From Candidatus Planktophila sp. (GTDB lineage Bacteria > Actinomycetota > Actinomycetes > Nanopelagicales > Nanopelagicaceae), in NCBI GenBank assembly GCA_009694515.1, contig SHUV01000003.1, positions 624 through 64,623 of the forward strand: 64,000 nt of DNA, in the 5' to 3' direction. The translations under genes and the position numbers were made by a program. The notes under the pieces are model-generated. The model had not been told where the DNA came from, searched no databases, and saw only the letters and a program-made list of their open reading frames with translations. The stretch's first letter is position 1, and each line of letters opens with the position of its first letter. Below are positions 50,305-61,527 of this stretch, one piece after another.

Positions 50305-50317
50305 GGCTCAATCTTAC

Positions 50318-52189
50318 CTATCGCGAGAGCGAATATGGATCAATCCGAAGCGTTGCCAACTTCTTCCTGGTTGCACTTCTTCTTCGTTGGAACTCATGGA
50401 TAAGTAGAACCAGCTCTTCACCGTCTGCTAGTGGAGCAAGTAAGAGAATCCGATGTGTCGAACTGTTGAGAACTGATGGTCCAAGAATCCTCGTGGAACT
50501 GGGAAGCCTGCCCTCATCGCGCGACATATTTAAGGCTCTGACCAAGGTTGCCGACTCAGTGCTATCAATATCAAGTGAGATAGACCGCACGAAAGGAGGT
50601 AACGAGGCTTCGATGCGCTCTTGCAACTCTCGCCGGGAGATCAGAGATGGTTTCCATGAGGCAAGTGCACCAACTATCGAATTAGAGTGATTGATAACTA
50701 GTAATGCAGATCCGGAAGAGCTCAATAAAGCGGTATGGGTAAAGAAAATTTCTCGAGCTCGCTCTTGCGCTCTGAGATCTGATTGGTTGAGCAACTTTTC
50801 ACCATCTAGAATCACCACAGCGGCATATCCGCTAGCTGACATTGGAGCAGACCCGGGTGTGGCAATGACAATTCCGGAAGTAACTTGAAAATCATCAACC
50901 ATCTTCTCGGCTTCACAGAGTGTAATCGGAACACCAGGTAGGGCTACTCCGATTTCTTGGGCAAATCGCTCGCTGCCACGATTGAGAAGAAACGGCCTTA
51001 CTCCGGCGCAGTACTGACAGACCCACTCGGAATAGATATTTGCACAGAGCGAGCAAGAGATTGGAGTCGTGGCGCCCTTCTTCTCTAAACGACCGCCACA
51101 TGAACAGATTGAGATATTTCGACACTTACTGCAACTAATCGATTGTGAATAACCTTTTCTTGGAGCGATAAAGAGAATTGGCCCTTGCTTGATCAATCGG
51201 CGGAGCTCGCCAATGATCTTCTCCGGAAGTAACTCGGAAAACTCCTGCTGAAAGGTATCAACTCGTACTTTCTTTTTCGCCCCTTTGAATTCAAACCAGC
51301 CGACATCGATAAGACGTGCGACTTCAGCGCTTGGGCTATAGCCCGCACAGTAGATCGCAATATTTTCATTTCGTGCCCGAAGAATTGCTATATCTCGTGC
51401 GTTCCATCCCGGAGATCGAAGTTCGAAGTACTGCTCCGATGATTCGTTAAGGATGACAATCGAGGATAAATCTGGAGAATCAACAAAAATAGCACTTCGG
51501 GTTCCGACAATAACTTGAGCCGAGGTTGTTCTGGCGCGGAGGAAATTCTCATATCTTTGACTTCGCGGCAGATCTGAATCCAAAATGAGCGCTTCGGGAA
51601 AATGCTGAACCAGCCGAAGCACCGATCTATTGTCCGGGACTATTACCAGGATTGATCCACTGCCCCTGACGCTCTTGACGTGTCTGGCCAGAATCTGAAA
51701 AGGATCTTCGTATGCGGGTAGTTGCAGGTACTGGCGTATCGATGATTTACCGGGTCTATCAATAGTCTTATCAATCCACTTCATCTTCTCAATAGCTGCA
51801 ACGCGAGGTGGAATCGCAGAGCGAATCACGTCGTATGGATGACATGCCCATCTGGCTGCAACGAGTGCTATCAAATCTAAGGAGCGCTTGGAAGCGAGCG
51901 GGACACGGGAAATCACTTTAGTGATGCTCTTGAGCTTTCGCCCAGAAGTCATCGCAATTCGTTCTAGAACGAGTGCTTCACACTCTCTGCCATTAAAAGG
52001 GACTTGAATTCGGACACCCACGGTTACCTGTGCATCAAGATTATCGGGAACTAAATAGTCATAACTTTCATCCAGATGAAAAACCCCGCTGTCTACCCAC
52101 ACGCGGACAACAGGTTTGTCAGTCGTACTGATCTCCGGCGCAAGAGGAACTACTTCGCGCTTAAGACGTAGTGGCCTCGTTAGTGCCAC
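50318..52189 (-). CDS. priA: Primosomal protein N' (actinobacterial type with degenerate helicase motifs)
   Basis: YDYLVP...GVRIQVPF, VGTRSAIF, four CxxC/CxC Zn motifs, LPPF, RILGP, RIDP; metK-priA-def synteny. Confidence 0.88.
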   Translation of the reverse strand: MALTRPLRLKREVVPLAPEISTTDKPVVRVWVDSGVFHLDESYDYLVPDNLDAQVTVGVRIQVPFNGRECEALVLERIAMTSGRKLKSITKVISRVPLASKRSLDLIALVAARWACHPYDVIRSAIPPRVAAIEKMKWIDKTIDRPGKSSIRQYLQLPAYEDPFQILARHVKSVRGSGSILVIVPDNRSVLRLVQHFPEALILDSDLPRSQRYENFLRARTTSAQVIVGTRSAIFVDSPDLSSIVILNESSEQYFELRSPGWNARDIAILRARNENIAIYCAGYSPSAEVARLIDVGWFEFKGAKKKVRVDTFQQEFSELLPEKIIGELRRLIKQGPILFIAPRKGYSQSISCSKCRNISICSCGGRLEKKGATTPISCSLCANIYSEWVCQYCAGVRPFLLNRGSERFAQEIGVALPGVPITLCEAEKMVDDFQVTSGIVIATPGSAPMSASGYAAVVILDGEKLLNQSDLRAQERAREIFFTHTALLSSSGSALLVINHSNSIVGALASWKPSLISRRELQERIEASLPPFVRSISLDIDSTESATLVRALNMSRDEGRLPSSTRILGPSVLNSSTHRILLLAPLADGEELVLLIHEFQRRRSATRKKLATLRIDPYSLSR

Positions 52190-52203
52190 GGTGTGCAGGT
52201 AAC

Positions 52204-53394
52204 CTATTTAACAGCTGCCTGCAGTTCGGATACACGATTAGTTACTTCCCATGTGAAATTAGGAAGCTCGCGACCGAAGTGACCGTATGCAGCAGTCTGA
52301 GAATAGATAGGACGCTTGAGATTTAAATCGCGAATGATTGCAGCGGGACGCAAGTCAAAAACAGTTGTCACAGCAGCTTGAATCCTCTGAACCGGAACCG
52401 TTTCAGTCCCAAAAGTCTCTACAAAAACTCCAACCGGTTGAGCTTTTCCGATTGCGTAAGCAACTTGAACCTCACAGCGGCGGGCAAGACCTGCTGCCAC
52501 CACGTTTTTGGCAACCCAACGCATCGCATAGGCCGCAGAACGATCAACTTTCGATGGGTCTTTTCCAGAGAATGCCCCACCACCGTGGCGAGCCATTCCA
52601 CCGTAGGTATCAACAATTATTTTGCGCCCAGTAAGACCGGCATCACCCATCGGTCCACCAATAACAAAACGACCTGTTGGGTTAATCAAGATTCTCATAT
52701 CTTTGCGCGGAAGATCTATTTTTGCCAAAACTGGATCAATTACTTGAGCGATTACTTCAGAGGTGAGTCGCCCAGCGACATCTACCTCTTCTGCGTGCTG
52801 GCTTGAGATAACAACGGTGTCGAGTGCTACAGCTTTGTCTCCATCATATTCAATGGTGACCTGTGTTTTTCCATCAGGGCGCAAGTAAGGAAGAGCTCCG
52901 GACTTTCTGACCTTCGAAAGCTGTTGCGCTAATTCATGGGCAAGCCAGATGGGAAGTGGCATAAGTTCTTTGGTGTCATCACATGCGTAACCAAACATGA
53001 GGCCCTGATCACCAGCCCCCTGTAGATCAAGTGGGTCGACGGCAGATGCGACTCGGTGTTCAAATGCGTCATCTACACCTTGCGCGATATCTGGTGACTG
53101 CTGACCTATGGAGATCGAAACGCCACAACTATTTCCATCAAAGCCTTTAACGGAGGAGTCATAACCAATACCGATCACAGTATCGCGAACAATTCCCATG
53201 ACATCGGCATAACCATTAGTCGTTACTTCTCCAGCAACATGAACTTGGCCAGTTGTGATTAACGTTTCAACAGCTACTCGACTCGATGAATCTTGCGCTA
53301 TCAGTGAATCAAGAATGGCATCCGAGATCTGATCTGCAATCTTGTCCGGATGGCCTTCGGTAACTGATTCTGAGGTAAATAGGCGTTTTGACAT
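52204..53394 (-). CDS. metK: S-adenosylmethionine synthetase
   Basis: [28 protein letters not shown]. Confidence 0.98.
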   Translation of the reverse strand: MSKRLFTSESVTEGHPDKIADQISDAILDSLIAQDSSSRVAVETLITTGQVHVAGEVTTNGYADVMGIVRDTVIGIGYDSSVKGFDGNSCGVSISIGQQSPDIAQGVDDAFEHRVASAVDPLDLQGAGDQGLMFGYACDDTKELMPLPIWLAHELAQQLSKVRKSGALPYLRPDGKTQVTIEYDGDKAVALDTVVISSQHAEEVDVAGRLTSEVIAQVIDPVLAKIDLPRKDMRILINPTGRFVIGGPMGDAGLTGRKIIVDTYGGMARHGGGAFSGKDPSKVDRSAAYAMRWVAKNVVAAGLARRCEVQVAYAIGKAQPVGVFVETFGTETVPVQRIQAAVTTVFDLRPAAIIRDLNLKRPIYSQTAAYGHFGRELPNFTWEVTNRVSELQAAVK

Positions 53395-53398
53395 TGGA

Positions 53399-54583
53399 TT
53401 AACCTAACTGATGGAGGGCGTGGTCGAGTAGTTCTTGGGCAAGCGTGTCTTTGGTGGTCCTGGCCACTTTATGACTGGCTCCGGCGCTGGTGAAAATCTC
53501 ACCGAAAGTTGTCTCGCTATTGAAGATATCTCCCCCAGAAACATCATTGAGATAGAGAATATCCGCACCCTTAGCCAACATCTTACTTTGGGCTGCAGTT
53601 GCATCATGGGAAGTCTCTGCCGCAAAAGCAACGACTACTTGCTTCGCCTTAACGTCGTGAAGACTCTTAAGAATATCTACATTCTCAGTCAGATTGATAC
53701 TGGAAAGAGAACCCTTCTTAATCTTGGATTCCTGAACAGTTTCAGGCCGGGCATCAGCAACGGCTGCCGCCATCACCAGAACATCACACTTTGTAAATTC
53801 TCGGTGCAAAGCATCGTGCATCTCTAACGCGGTCTTCACATGGATAGTTTGAACGCCTTCAATATCTGGCAGTGAAGCATTTGCAGATACGAGTACAACG
53901 TCGGCTCCTCGTCTAAGTGCCTGCAACGCAACTGCATAACCTTGTTTTCCAGAAGATTGGTTTCCTATAAAACGAATGGGATCTATCGGTTCCCGGGTAC
54001 CGCCTGCGCTAACCAGGACTCTCCTGCCTAAGTAATCTGATTTCACCTGCGCTACTTCCGAGAAGGCCTGCAAAATCTTAGCTGTGTCTGGAAATCTTCC
54101 TTGGCCCACATCACCGCTGGTCAGCGCTCCAACGTCGGGATCCAGGATTTGAAATCCACGCTCTCGCAATACCCGCACATTTGCAGTTGTTGCTTGATCA
54201 CTCCACATGTTTGGATGCATTGCGGGAACAATCAGAACTGGAACCTCAGCTGCCAGAATGACATTGGTCAGAAGATCATCGGCTCGACCTGCGGCAATCC
54301 TTGCAATCAAGTCGGCGGTAGCTGGGGCGATGATGATAAAATCAGCCTTCTTGGCTAGTGAGACATGCCTAACTTCTTCAACGCTCTCAAAGACTTCGGT
54401 GGTAACTGCACGTCCGGAAAGAGCTTCCCATGTTGCCGCACCTACGAAGTTCAAACTCGAAGGAGTGGGAACGACCGTTACGAGGAAACCAATATCTTGC
54501 AGGCGACGCAGCAAATCGCAAGATTTGTAGGCGGCTATACCGCCGCCAACACCGAGAATTACTTCGCGGCCATGTCCTTGCAT
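53399..54583 (-). CDS. coaBC: Phosphopantothenoylcysteine decarboxylase/ligase
   Basis: [49 protein letters not shown]. Confidence 0.96.
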   Translation of the reverse strand: MQGHGREVILGVGGGIAAYKSCDLLRRLQDIGFLVTVVPTPSSLNFVGAATWEALSGRAVTTEVFESVEEVRHVSLAKKADFIIIAPATADLIARIAAGRADDLLTNVILAAEVPVLIVPAMHPNMWSDQATTANVRVLRERGFQILDPDVGALTSGDVGQGRFPDTAKILQAFSEVAQVKSDYLGRRVLVSAGGTREPIDPIRFIGNQSSGKQGYAVALQALRRGADVVLVSANASLPDIEGVQTIHVKTALEMHDALHREFTKCDVLVMAAAVADARPETVQESKIKKGSLSSINLTENVDILKSLHDVKAKQVVVAFAAETSHDATAAQSKMLAKGADILYLNDVSGGDIFNSETTFGEIFTSAGASHKVARTTKDTLAQELLDHALHQLG

Positions 54584-54600
54584 AACTATTGTGGAGCTAA

Positions 54601-54861
54601 TTAAGCAGTTGGCTCAAGATTTTCGATTGTCAGCAAACCCTCGTTAATTTCACGAAGTGCAATCGATAGTGGCTTCTCGTGCACGTGTGTGTCAACAAGT
54701 GGACCAACGTATTCAAGAAGGCCTTCACCTAATTGTGAATAGTAAGCATTGATCTGACGTGCACGCTTTGCAGCATAGAGAACGAGTGAATACTTAGATC
54801 CAGCCTTATCTAGAAGTTCATCGATTGGTGGATTCGTAATTCCGTCCATGTGTACACTCAT
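54601..54861 (-). CDS. rpoZ: RNA polymerase omega subunit
   Basis: [37 protein letters not shown]. Confidence 0.96.
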   Translation of the reverse strand: MSVHMDGITNPPIDELLDKAGSKYSLVLYAAKRARQINAYYSQLGEGLLEYVGPLVDTHVHEKPLSIALREINEGLLTIENLEPTA

Positions 54862-54894
54862 GCATGTTCTCCTTAAAAAGTAATATTCGCCGAA

Positions 54895-55767
54895 CTAGGC
54901 AGACGCCAATTCTATCAGGCTTGCAACTACCTTCTCGACCTCGTCATTTACCAGGACTTTATCGAAGAAAGAGGCTGCAGCGAGCTCTTCCTGCGCCAAG
55001 GCCAGACGCGAGGCCCTACGTTCTGCGCTATCTGTACCACGGCCTTCTAAACGCGAAACCAACTCCTCCCAACTAGGTGGTTCAAGAAAAACAAGTACTG
55101 ACTCCGGAATCCTTTCCTTTACCTGTTTGGCTCCCTCGATCTCGATCTCCAGAAGAACGCTAAGACCAGCACTCAGCGCGGTCTCCACTGGTAGTCGCGG
55201 TGTTCCATATCGAGCTCCAGCAAATTCAGCCCATTCCAGAAACTCATTGTTCTTAACTGCTGCATCAAATTCAGTTGCAGTTAAGTAGTGGTAATCAATC
55301 CCGGCAACTTCATTAAACCGCGCCGGACGGGTTGTAGCCGAGACGATAACAACAAAATCAGAGGCTTCACGTAACTTCTTGGCAACAGTACTTTTGCCTA
55401 CTCCCCCGGGGCCAGAGAGAACAAGTAGCTTTCCTCTGCGAAGTAATGTTGGCAATTCAAATTCCTTCAGTAGTGCTGCTCGTTGGTAGCGCCCTAAACC
55501 TTGAATCCGCCTCGTGCTGGAGATCTCAAGCTTTTCTAGTAACGCTTTACCGCGAATTTTACCCACACCACTCTTTGATTCCACCATCTCAAGAACGCGC
55601 ATCTTGGCAATCACTTCATTGCTCTGAGCTAAAGAGATGACGTCAGAAATAGTCAATTCACCACTTTTGATTCTAGATTTCACTTCTGAGCGCTCTTGTC
55701 TGGAAGCTTTCGCTTTCGCCAAGGCGCTGGCGCGTTCAGCGGGAGTTAATTGTGGCGGCGTACCCAT
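54895..55767 (-). CDS. mihF-gmk: Fusion of actinobacterial integration host factor (mIHF) and guanylate kinase
   Basis: Residues ~1-104 are mIHF-like (PQLTPAERASALAKA...GVGKIRG...TRRIQGLG..QRAALL). Residues ~110-290 are Gmk (LSGPGGVGKST, SATTRPAR, YGTP, PPSWEEL). There is no stop codon between them. Confidence 0.92.
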   Translation of the reverse strand: MGTPPQLTPAERASALAKAKASRQERSEVKSRIKSGELTISDVISLAQSNEVIAKMRVLEMVESKSGVGKIRGKALLEKLEISSTRRIQGLGRYQRAALLKEFELPTLLRRGKLLVLSGPGGVGKSTVAKKLREASDFVVIVSATTRPARFNEVAGIDYHYLTATEFDAAVKNNEFLEWAEFAGARYGTPRLPVETALSAGLSVLLEIEIEGAKQVKERIPESVLVFLEPPSWEELVSRLEGRGTDSAERRASRLALAQEELAAASFFDKVLVNDEVEKVVASLIELASA

Positions 55768-55776
55768 GTTTTTAAC

Positions 55777-56478
55777 TTACTGCAAAATGTCTTGCGCGAT
55801 CGCGCGTGCAGCCGAAGTCATAGCCTGCGCGCCTTGCGCCCAAGCCTGCGTAATAGGACGTCCGATAACCACAAAGCTTGCACCGGCTGATATCGCCGCG
55901 TGAGGAGTCATTGTTCTCTTCTGATCATCGCTTGCCGAACTCTCAGCGGGGCGAACTCCAGGTGTGATGATGTGAACATCATTTCCTACCGCGGATCGGA
56001 TTGCCGCAATTTCCAGCGGCGAACACACAATGGCGCGAGCACCAGCTGCCACAGACATCTTCGCAAGTGCTACCGCGCTCTCAAGTGCATTATTCGCAAA
56101 ACCAATTCCAAAGAGATCTTCTTCAGATAATGAGGTCAATATCGTCACTGCTGTGACATCTGTTGCAGGAAGGGCTTTGACCGCCGCGCTAATCATCGCT
56201 CTCCCACCAGATGCATGAACGGTGAGGAATCTTGGCTTCAATGACTGAACCACAGTCGCAGCAGCTCCGACTGTGTGTGGGATGTCATGTAGCTTCAAAT
56301 CTAGGAAAATGTCAGAATCGGTCACACCTTTAATGCGCCTAACTCCTTCATGGCCAAAGGTGAGGAAAAATTCAAGACCCAACTTATAGACACTCACGTA
56401 TTCCTGCGTCGCTTCAATCCAGCGCGCTGCCGTATCTAGATCCTGTGTATCAACGGCGAGAACTATTGGAGCTTTCAT
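55777..56478 (-). CDS. pyrF: Orotidine-5'-phosphate decarboxylase
   Basis: FLDLKLHDIPHTV, VTILTS, TPGVRP, DQKR, VIGRPIT. Confidence 0.96.
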   Translation of the reverse strand: MKAPIVLAVDTQDLDTAARWIEATQEYVSVYKLGLEFFLTFGHEGVRRIKGVTDSDIFLDLKLHDIPHTVGAAATVVQSLKPRFLTVHASGGRAMISAAVKALPATDVTAVTILTSLSEEDLFGIGFANNALESAVALAKMSVAAGARAIVCSPLEIAAIRSAVGNDVHIITPGVRPAESSASDDQKRTMTPHAAISAGASFVVIGRPITQAWAQGAQAMTSAARAIAQDILQ

Positions 56479-57416
56479 TGCGTCTCTTCTCTATGTGCAT
56501 ACCCAATTGCTTGTTGCACAGTAGCAAAGCCACGCGCTACTAGAAGTTCACGAAGTTCATTCTGAATGGTGATCAGCGCAGTAGGGTTACCGAAACTGGC
56601 AGTTCCCACCGAGATCGCAGATGCTCCGGCTAGAATAAGCTCGAGTGCATCGCGACCAGAGGAAACACCGCCCATTCCTAAAATTGGTACTTGTGGAAGC
56701 GCAGCATGTACCTGATAGATCGCTCGCACTGCAATCGGCTTAATCGCAGGTCCAGATAAACCGCCAGTTTTACCACCTAAATGCGGTTTCATTGTCTCGA
56801 GATTTATCACCATACCGAGGACTGTATTTATCAGCGCCAGCGCATCAGCGCCAGCATCGACCACGCCTTTGGCAATCTCTGGCAGGTTAGTTACATCAGG
56901 CGATAGTTTTGCAATGATGGGAAGTTCACCACCAATAGTCTTTCGAACTCCATCGATGACGCGCCTTGAAGCATCGGGATCGCAGGCAAAGACTAGACCT
57001 CGATTTTCCACGTTCGGACAAGAAATGTTTACTTCTAGCGCACTAATCCCAGACGCCGATCTAATTTTACGAGCTAGCGTGGAATATTCCTCGATTGTCT
57101 CCCCTGCAATCGAAACAACCACTCGTGCTTTTTGTTCTAGCAGCCATGGTAGATCGTTAGCAAGAAAAGCATCTATTCCTGGGCCCTGTAGACCGATGGA
57201 GTTAAGCATTCCTGATGGTGTTTCCGCCATACGAGGAGTCGGGCGACCATGACGCGGTTTTGTCATCACTGACTTAGTAACGATGGCACCCACATCTTTT
57301 AGGGAAAAGAACTGTGATAACTCTTTGCCACTACTGGCACAACCGCTCGCGGTGAAAATGGGTGTAGGAAACCAGGCATTAGCAAGCGTTGTGGACATAT
57401 CTACTGGAAGGGTCAA
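56475..57416 (-). CDS. pyrD: Dihydroorotate dehydrogenase family 1B catalytic subunit
   Basis: TASG, MLNSIGLQGPG, EVNISCPN, KLSP, INT, GGLSGPAIKP. Probable TTG start 57416 overlaps the pyrK stop. Confidence 0.94.
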   Translation of the reverse strand: MTLPVDMSTTLANAWFPTPIFTASGCASSGKELSQFFSLKDVGAIVTKSVMTKPRHGRPTPRMAETPSGMLNSIGLQGPGIDAFLANDLPWLLEQKARVVVSIAGETIEEYSTLARKIRSASGISALEVNISCPNVENRGLVFACDPDASRRVIDGVRKTIGGELPIIAKLSPDVTNLPEIAKGVVDAGADALALINTVLGMVINLETMKPHLGGKTGGLSGPAIKPIAVRAIYQVHAALPQVPILGMGGVSSGRDALELILAGASAISVGTASFGNPTALITIQNELRELLVARGFATVQQAIGYAHREETQ

Positions 57417-58264
57417 GGGTGGGCCTCCGGAATACGTCCTACTAAATCCCATTGCACGTGAGATCCATCCATCACTGGTCCATCAATACATGACCTGAGC
57501 ATCGATGTTGATCCATCTTCATTTCGAACCGGAAGAACACATGTCATACAGATTCCAATGCCACACGCCATCGATTCCTCAACTGAACATTGATGAATCA
57601 CTTCAGTATTTGCAACTAACTCAGTTATCGCTCGCAGCATGCCCATCGGACCACATGAATAAATAACATCAATACCTCGATTGGTGATGATTTCCAGGAG
57701 TGATTCTGTCACTCGCCCTTTCTCGCCCATCGAGCCATCTTCGGTATAAATCTTGAGCGAATTAACAGAACGCTTGCCCTCCATAGGTGCGTAGATCTTG
57801 GAACCGATACTGGCACCTAACAACATATCAACCTTGCATCCGCGACTCTTTAAGACATCTGCCAGTCCAAAAAGTGGGGCTGATCCATATCCACCACCGA
57901 CAAGAAGCGCATTTATTGGTTCGGTCGGTATGCCAAATGAAGTTCCCAGTGGTGCAACGATGTCGATCTCTGATCCTTCAGCTTGGGCACATAACCATTT
58001 CGAGCCAGAACCATGAGGAGCAACGATAAGTTCCATCGTTCCGCCATATTGACTGTTGTCCGACACTCTTGATATCGCAAAAGCGCGACGTAAAATCATA
58101 CGCGAACTATCGCCGCCTACGCTGATAGCAACAAAATTTCCCGGGCGACAACTTTTAACAATCTCTCCCACATTGATCAAGATCTGGTGATAGGCACCCA
58201 CTCGCTTATTAGAATGAACGGTCGCCACTTGCTGAACGGCGTTCTTGTTAATCGTGTTCATCAT
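57413..58264 (-). CDS. pyrK: Dihydroorotate dehydrogenase electron transfer subunit
   Basis: LRRAFAI, VGGGYGSAP, CGP, EESMACGIGICMTC...CIDGPV (2Fe-2S). Confidence 0.93.
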   Translation of the reverse strand: MMNTINKNAVQQVATVHSNKRVGAYHQILINVGEIVKSCRPGNFVAISVGGDSSRMILRRAFAISRVSDNSQYGGTMELIVAPHGSGSKWLCAQAEGSEIDIVAPLGTSFGIPTEPINALLVGGGYGSAPLFGLADVLKSRGCKVDMLLGASIGSKIYAPMEGKRSVNSLKIYTEDGSMGEKGRVTESLLEIITNRGIDVIYSCGPMGMLRAITELVANTEVIHQCSVEESMACGIGICMTCVLPVRNEDGSTSMLRSCIDGPVMDGSHVQWDLVGRIPEAHP

Positions 58265-61200
58265 CAGCCAAGCCACTCTTGAATAGGTTTGACCGGCATG
58301 GCCCCAGCTTGAATCGCCTTAATTCCCTCAACTGCCGCGCTAAAACCAGCTGTCGTGGTGATAATCGGTATCGATCGCTGCACTGATGCAGTTCTAATCG
58401 CCCATCCATCTGCACGGGTACCTCGACCTACTGGAGTGTTAATTACCAAATCGATATCACCAGTGTTGAGCATCTCAACAATCGTCTTCTCACCCATCGG
58501 ACCGGTTCCCTCAGAGTTCTTGCGCACACGTACTACCGTCACTCCTGATTGCTCTAGCAACTTTGCTGTTCCATCTGTTGCCAGCAATCTAAAGCCTAGC
58601 CCGGAAAGTTTGCGAGCTGGTTCAATACCGGAGCTCTTGTCCTTATCGGCCAGTGAGATAAAGACGGTGCCAGATTTAGGTAGTGGACCAAATGAACTTA
58701 TCTGCGATTTTGCATAGGCTTCACCGAAATTATCAGCAATTCCCATAACTTCACCAGTAGAACGCATCTCTGGCCCGAGAACGGCATCTACTCCCCGTCC
58801 ATCGACTCGTCTAAATCGATTCCAGGGCAAGACCGCCTCTTTCACGCTGATGCCTTTCGCTATCGCATCACCTTCGGTTGGCAACATGGATTCAAGACGC
58901 AATTCGGCAATGGTTGATCCAAGTGAAATACGCGCCGCCGCCTTTGCCAGCGGAACACCCGTTGCTTTGCTCACGAAAGGAACTGTACGTGAAGCGCGTG
59001 GATTTGCCTCAAGAACGTATAAAACCTTTTCGGCCATAGCGAATTGAATATTAATCAAGCCTCGTACGCCAACACCCTGTGCAATCTTAAGAGTCGCCTC
59101 GCGAATAGCTTTGCGTTGATCTTGACTGATAGTCATCGCCGGAAGAACACAGGCGCTATCTCCTGAATGTATTCCTGCCTCTTCAATGTGCTCCATGATT
59201 CCTCCTAGGAAGAGTTCATGACCATCATAAAGTGCGTCGACATCCAACTCGATTGCAGAATCCAGGAATCTATCTACTAAAACCGGATGATCCGGAGTGA
59301 TATCGGTAGCCCGAGCGATGAAGGATGAAAGAGATTCATCGTCATAGACAATTTCCATACCTCGCCCGCCAAGAACAAAACTCGGACGAACGAGAACTGG
59401 ATAACCAATACGTTGGGCTATCGAGAGTGCTTCTAATTGTGTTGCTGCCATTCCAAACTCTGGGGCAGTCAGTCCCTGATCTGCCAGGACTTGACCAAAT
59501 GCACCACGCTCTTCCGCCAGGTTAATAGCTTCCGGACTTGTTCCGAGAATTCCTACTCCGGCTGCTTTCAGACCTGCCGCAAGTCCCAGTGGGGTTTGTC
59601 CACCTAATTGGGTGATGACTCCCAACACTGGACCGGCAAGTGACTCTGCATGCACAACTTCAAGCACGTCTTCTAGGGTCAATGGTTCAAAGTAGAGACG
59701 ATCACTAGTGTCGTAGTCGGTAGAAACAGTCTCCGGATTGCAGTTAATCATGATTGTTTCAAAGTCTGCCTCCCGCAGCGTGAAAGAGGCATGCACGCAT
59801 GAATAATCGAATTCAATTCCTTGACCAATTCGGTTGGGTCCACTACCTAAAATAATCACAGCCGGCTTTATGCGCGGGCGCACCTCGGTCTCTTCTTCGT
59901 AACTTGAATAATAATATGGAGTGAACGCTTCAAACTCCGCTGCGCACGTGTCTACCGTCTTATAGACGGGTCGAATATTTTCATGATGACGGGCCTTGCG
60001 AATATCTTCCTCCGATACTCCGCGCAAGCGAGCTATTTGAAGATCGGAGAACCCCATTGACTTAGCAGAACGCATTAAATCAACACTTAATCCACCTGGC
60101 TCAGCTATTCGCGCAGCCTCCTGATTAATCAATTCAATCTGGCGCAAGTACCAACGATCGATCTTGGTCGATAGATAAACCTCTTCAATAGTCGCTCCAC
60201 ACCACATAGCCAGCTGAACTTGCTGAATTCGATACTCAGTAGGAATCCTCATAGATTCAAGAAGTGAACCCTTCTGTGAATCTGGGAAACTTTTAGGGAA
60301 TGTAAAGGTTGCCTCTTTACGCTCTAATGAACGCAGCGCTTTCATCAGCGCTTCTGGGAAAGAGCGTCCAATAGCCATTGCCTCACCAACGCTCTTCATC
60401 GTGGTGGTCAAGCGAGGATCGGCATCCTGGAACTTTTCGAAAGCAAATCTAGGGGCTTTCACGACAATGTAATCCAGGGTTGGCTCGAACGAAGCTGGAG
60501 TGACCTGCGTGATGTCATTCTTGATTTCATCCAGGGTGTAGCCAATAGCAAGTTTGGTTGCAATCTTCGCAATCGGAAAGCCAGTTGCTTTCGAGGCCAG
60601 CGCGCTAGAACGCGACACTCGTGGATTCATCTCAATTACAATGATGCGACCCGTATCTGGATTTACCGCAAATTGGATATTGCAACCGCCGGTGTCAACG
60701 CCAACCTCACGGATAATATCTATTGAGAGATTGCGAAGTTTTTGGAACTCAACATCAGTCAAAGTAAGTGCTGGTGCAACGGTAATCGAATCACCGGTAT
60801 GAACACCCATTGGGTCGATATTTTCAATGCTGCAGACGATGACCACGTTATCCGCTCTATCGCGCATTACTTCTAGCTCATACTCTTTCCAGCCAATAAT
60901 CGATTCTTCGATGAGAACTTCTGAGGTTGGGCTATGTCGTAATCCAGCTCCTGCTATCTGACGGAGCGTTGTCTCATCAAAGGCGATTCCAGAACCAAGC
61001 CCTCCCATAGTAAAAGATGGTCGAATCACTACTGGGTAATCAAGTATGGCCACAGCTCCCATGACATCTTCAATAGTGTGACAAATAATAGATTTCGCGG
61101 ACTCGCCACCTATTTTTTCAACAATGGTTCTAAAAATCTCGCGGTTTTCTCCTCGTTCAATCGCTGCAACATCTGCACCAATTAGTTTGACGTTGTATTT

Positions 61201-61527
61201 TTCAAGTGTTCCTGCCTGGAATAATCCAATTGCCGCATTTAGCGCAGTCTGTCCCCCAAGGGTTGCAAGAACTGCATCTGGTCGCTCCTTTGCGATGATC
61301 CGCTCAATAAACTCTGGCGTAATGGGCTCTATATATGTTGCATCCGCAAATTCAGGGTCGGTCATAATTGTTGCGGGGTTTGAGTTCACCAAGATGACTC
61401 GAATACCTTCAGCCCGCAGGACTCGGCAAGCTTGCGTTCCGGAATAATCAAATTCACATGCTTGACCAATAACAATTGGGCCAGATCCAATGACTAAAAC
61501 ACTCTTGATTGACTCATCGCGTGCCAT
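58264..61527 (-). CDS. carB: Carbamoyl-phosphate synthase large subunit
   Basis: [18 protein letters not shown], duplicated ATP-grasp domains, MGS-like C-terminus. Confidence 0.98.
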   Translation of the reverse strand: MARDESIKSVLVIGSGPIVIGQACEFDYSGTQACRVLRAEGIRVILVNSNPATIMTDPEFADATYIEPITPEFIERIIAKERPDAVLATLGGQTALNAAIGLFQAGTLEKYNVKLIGADVAAIERGENREIFRTIVEKIGGESAKSIICHTIEDVMGAVAILDYPVVIRPSFTMGGLGSGIAFDETTLRQIAGAGLRHSPTSEVLIEESIIGWKEYELEVMRDRADNVVIVCSIENIDPMGVHTGDSITVAPALTLTDVEFQKLRNLSIDIIREVGVDTGGCNIQFAVNPDTGRIIVIEMNPRVSRSSALASKATGFPIAKIATKLAIGYTLDEIKNDITQVTPASFEPTLDYIVVKAPRFAFEKFQDADPRLTTTMKSVGEAMAIGRSFPEALMKALRSLERKEATFTFPKSFPDSQKGSLLESMRIPTEYRIQQVQLAMWCGATIEEVYLSTKIDRWYLRQIELINQEAARIAEPGGLSVDLMRSAKSMGFSDLQIARLRGVSEEDIRKARHHENIRPVYKTVDTCAAEFEAFTPYYYSSYEEETEVRPRIKPAVIILGSGPNRIGQGIEFDYSCVHASFTLREADFETIMINCNPETVSTDYDTSDRLYFEPLTLEDVLEVVHAESLAGPVLGVITQLGGQTPLGLAAGLKAAGVGILGTSPEAINLAEERGAFGQVLADQGLTAPEFGMAATQLEALSIAQRIGYPVLVRPSFVLGGRGMEIVYDDESLSSFIARATDITPDHPVLVDRFLDSAIELDVDALYDGHELFLGGIMEHIEEAGIHSGDSACVLPAMTISQDQRKAIREATLKIAQGVGVRGLINIQFAMAEKVLYVLEANPRASRTVPFVSKATGVPLAKAAARISLGSTIAELRLESMLPTEGDAIAKGISVKEAVLPWNRFRRVDGRGVDAVLGPEMRSTGEVMGIADNFGEAYAKSQISSFGPLPKSGTVFISLADKDKSSGIEPARKLSGLGFRLLATDGTAKLLEQSGVTVVRVRKNSEGTGPMGEKTIVEMLNTGDIDLVINTPVGRGTRADGWAIRTASVQRSIPIITTTAGFSAAVEGIKAIQAGAMPVKPIQEWLG

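Noticed and set aside
50318-52189. priA as a pseudogene because Walker A and DEAH motifs are missing
   Set aside because: The ORF is intact, and degenerate helicase motifs are typical of actinobacterial PriA.
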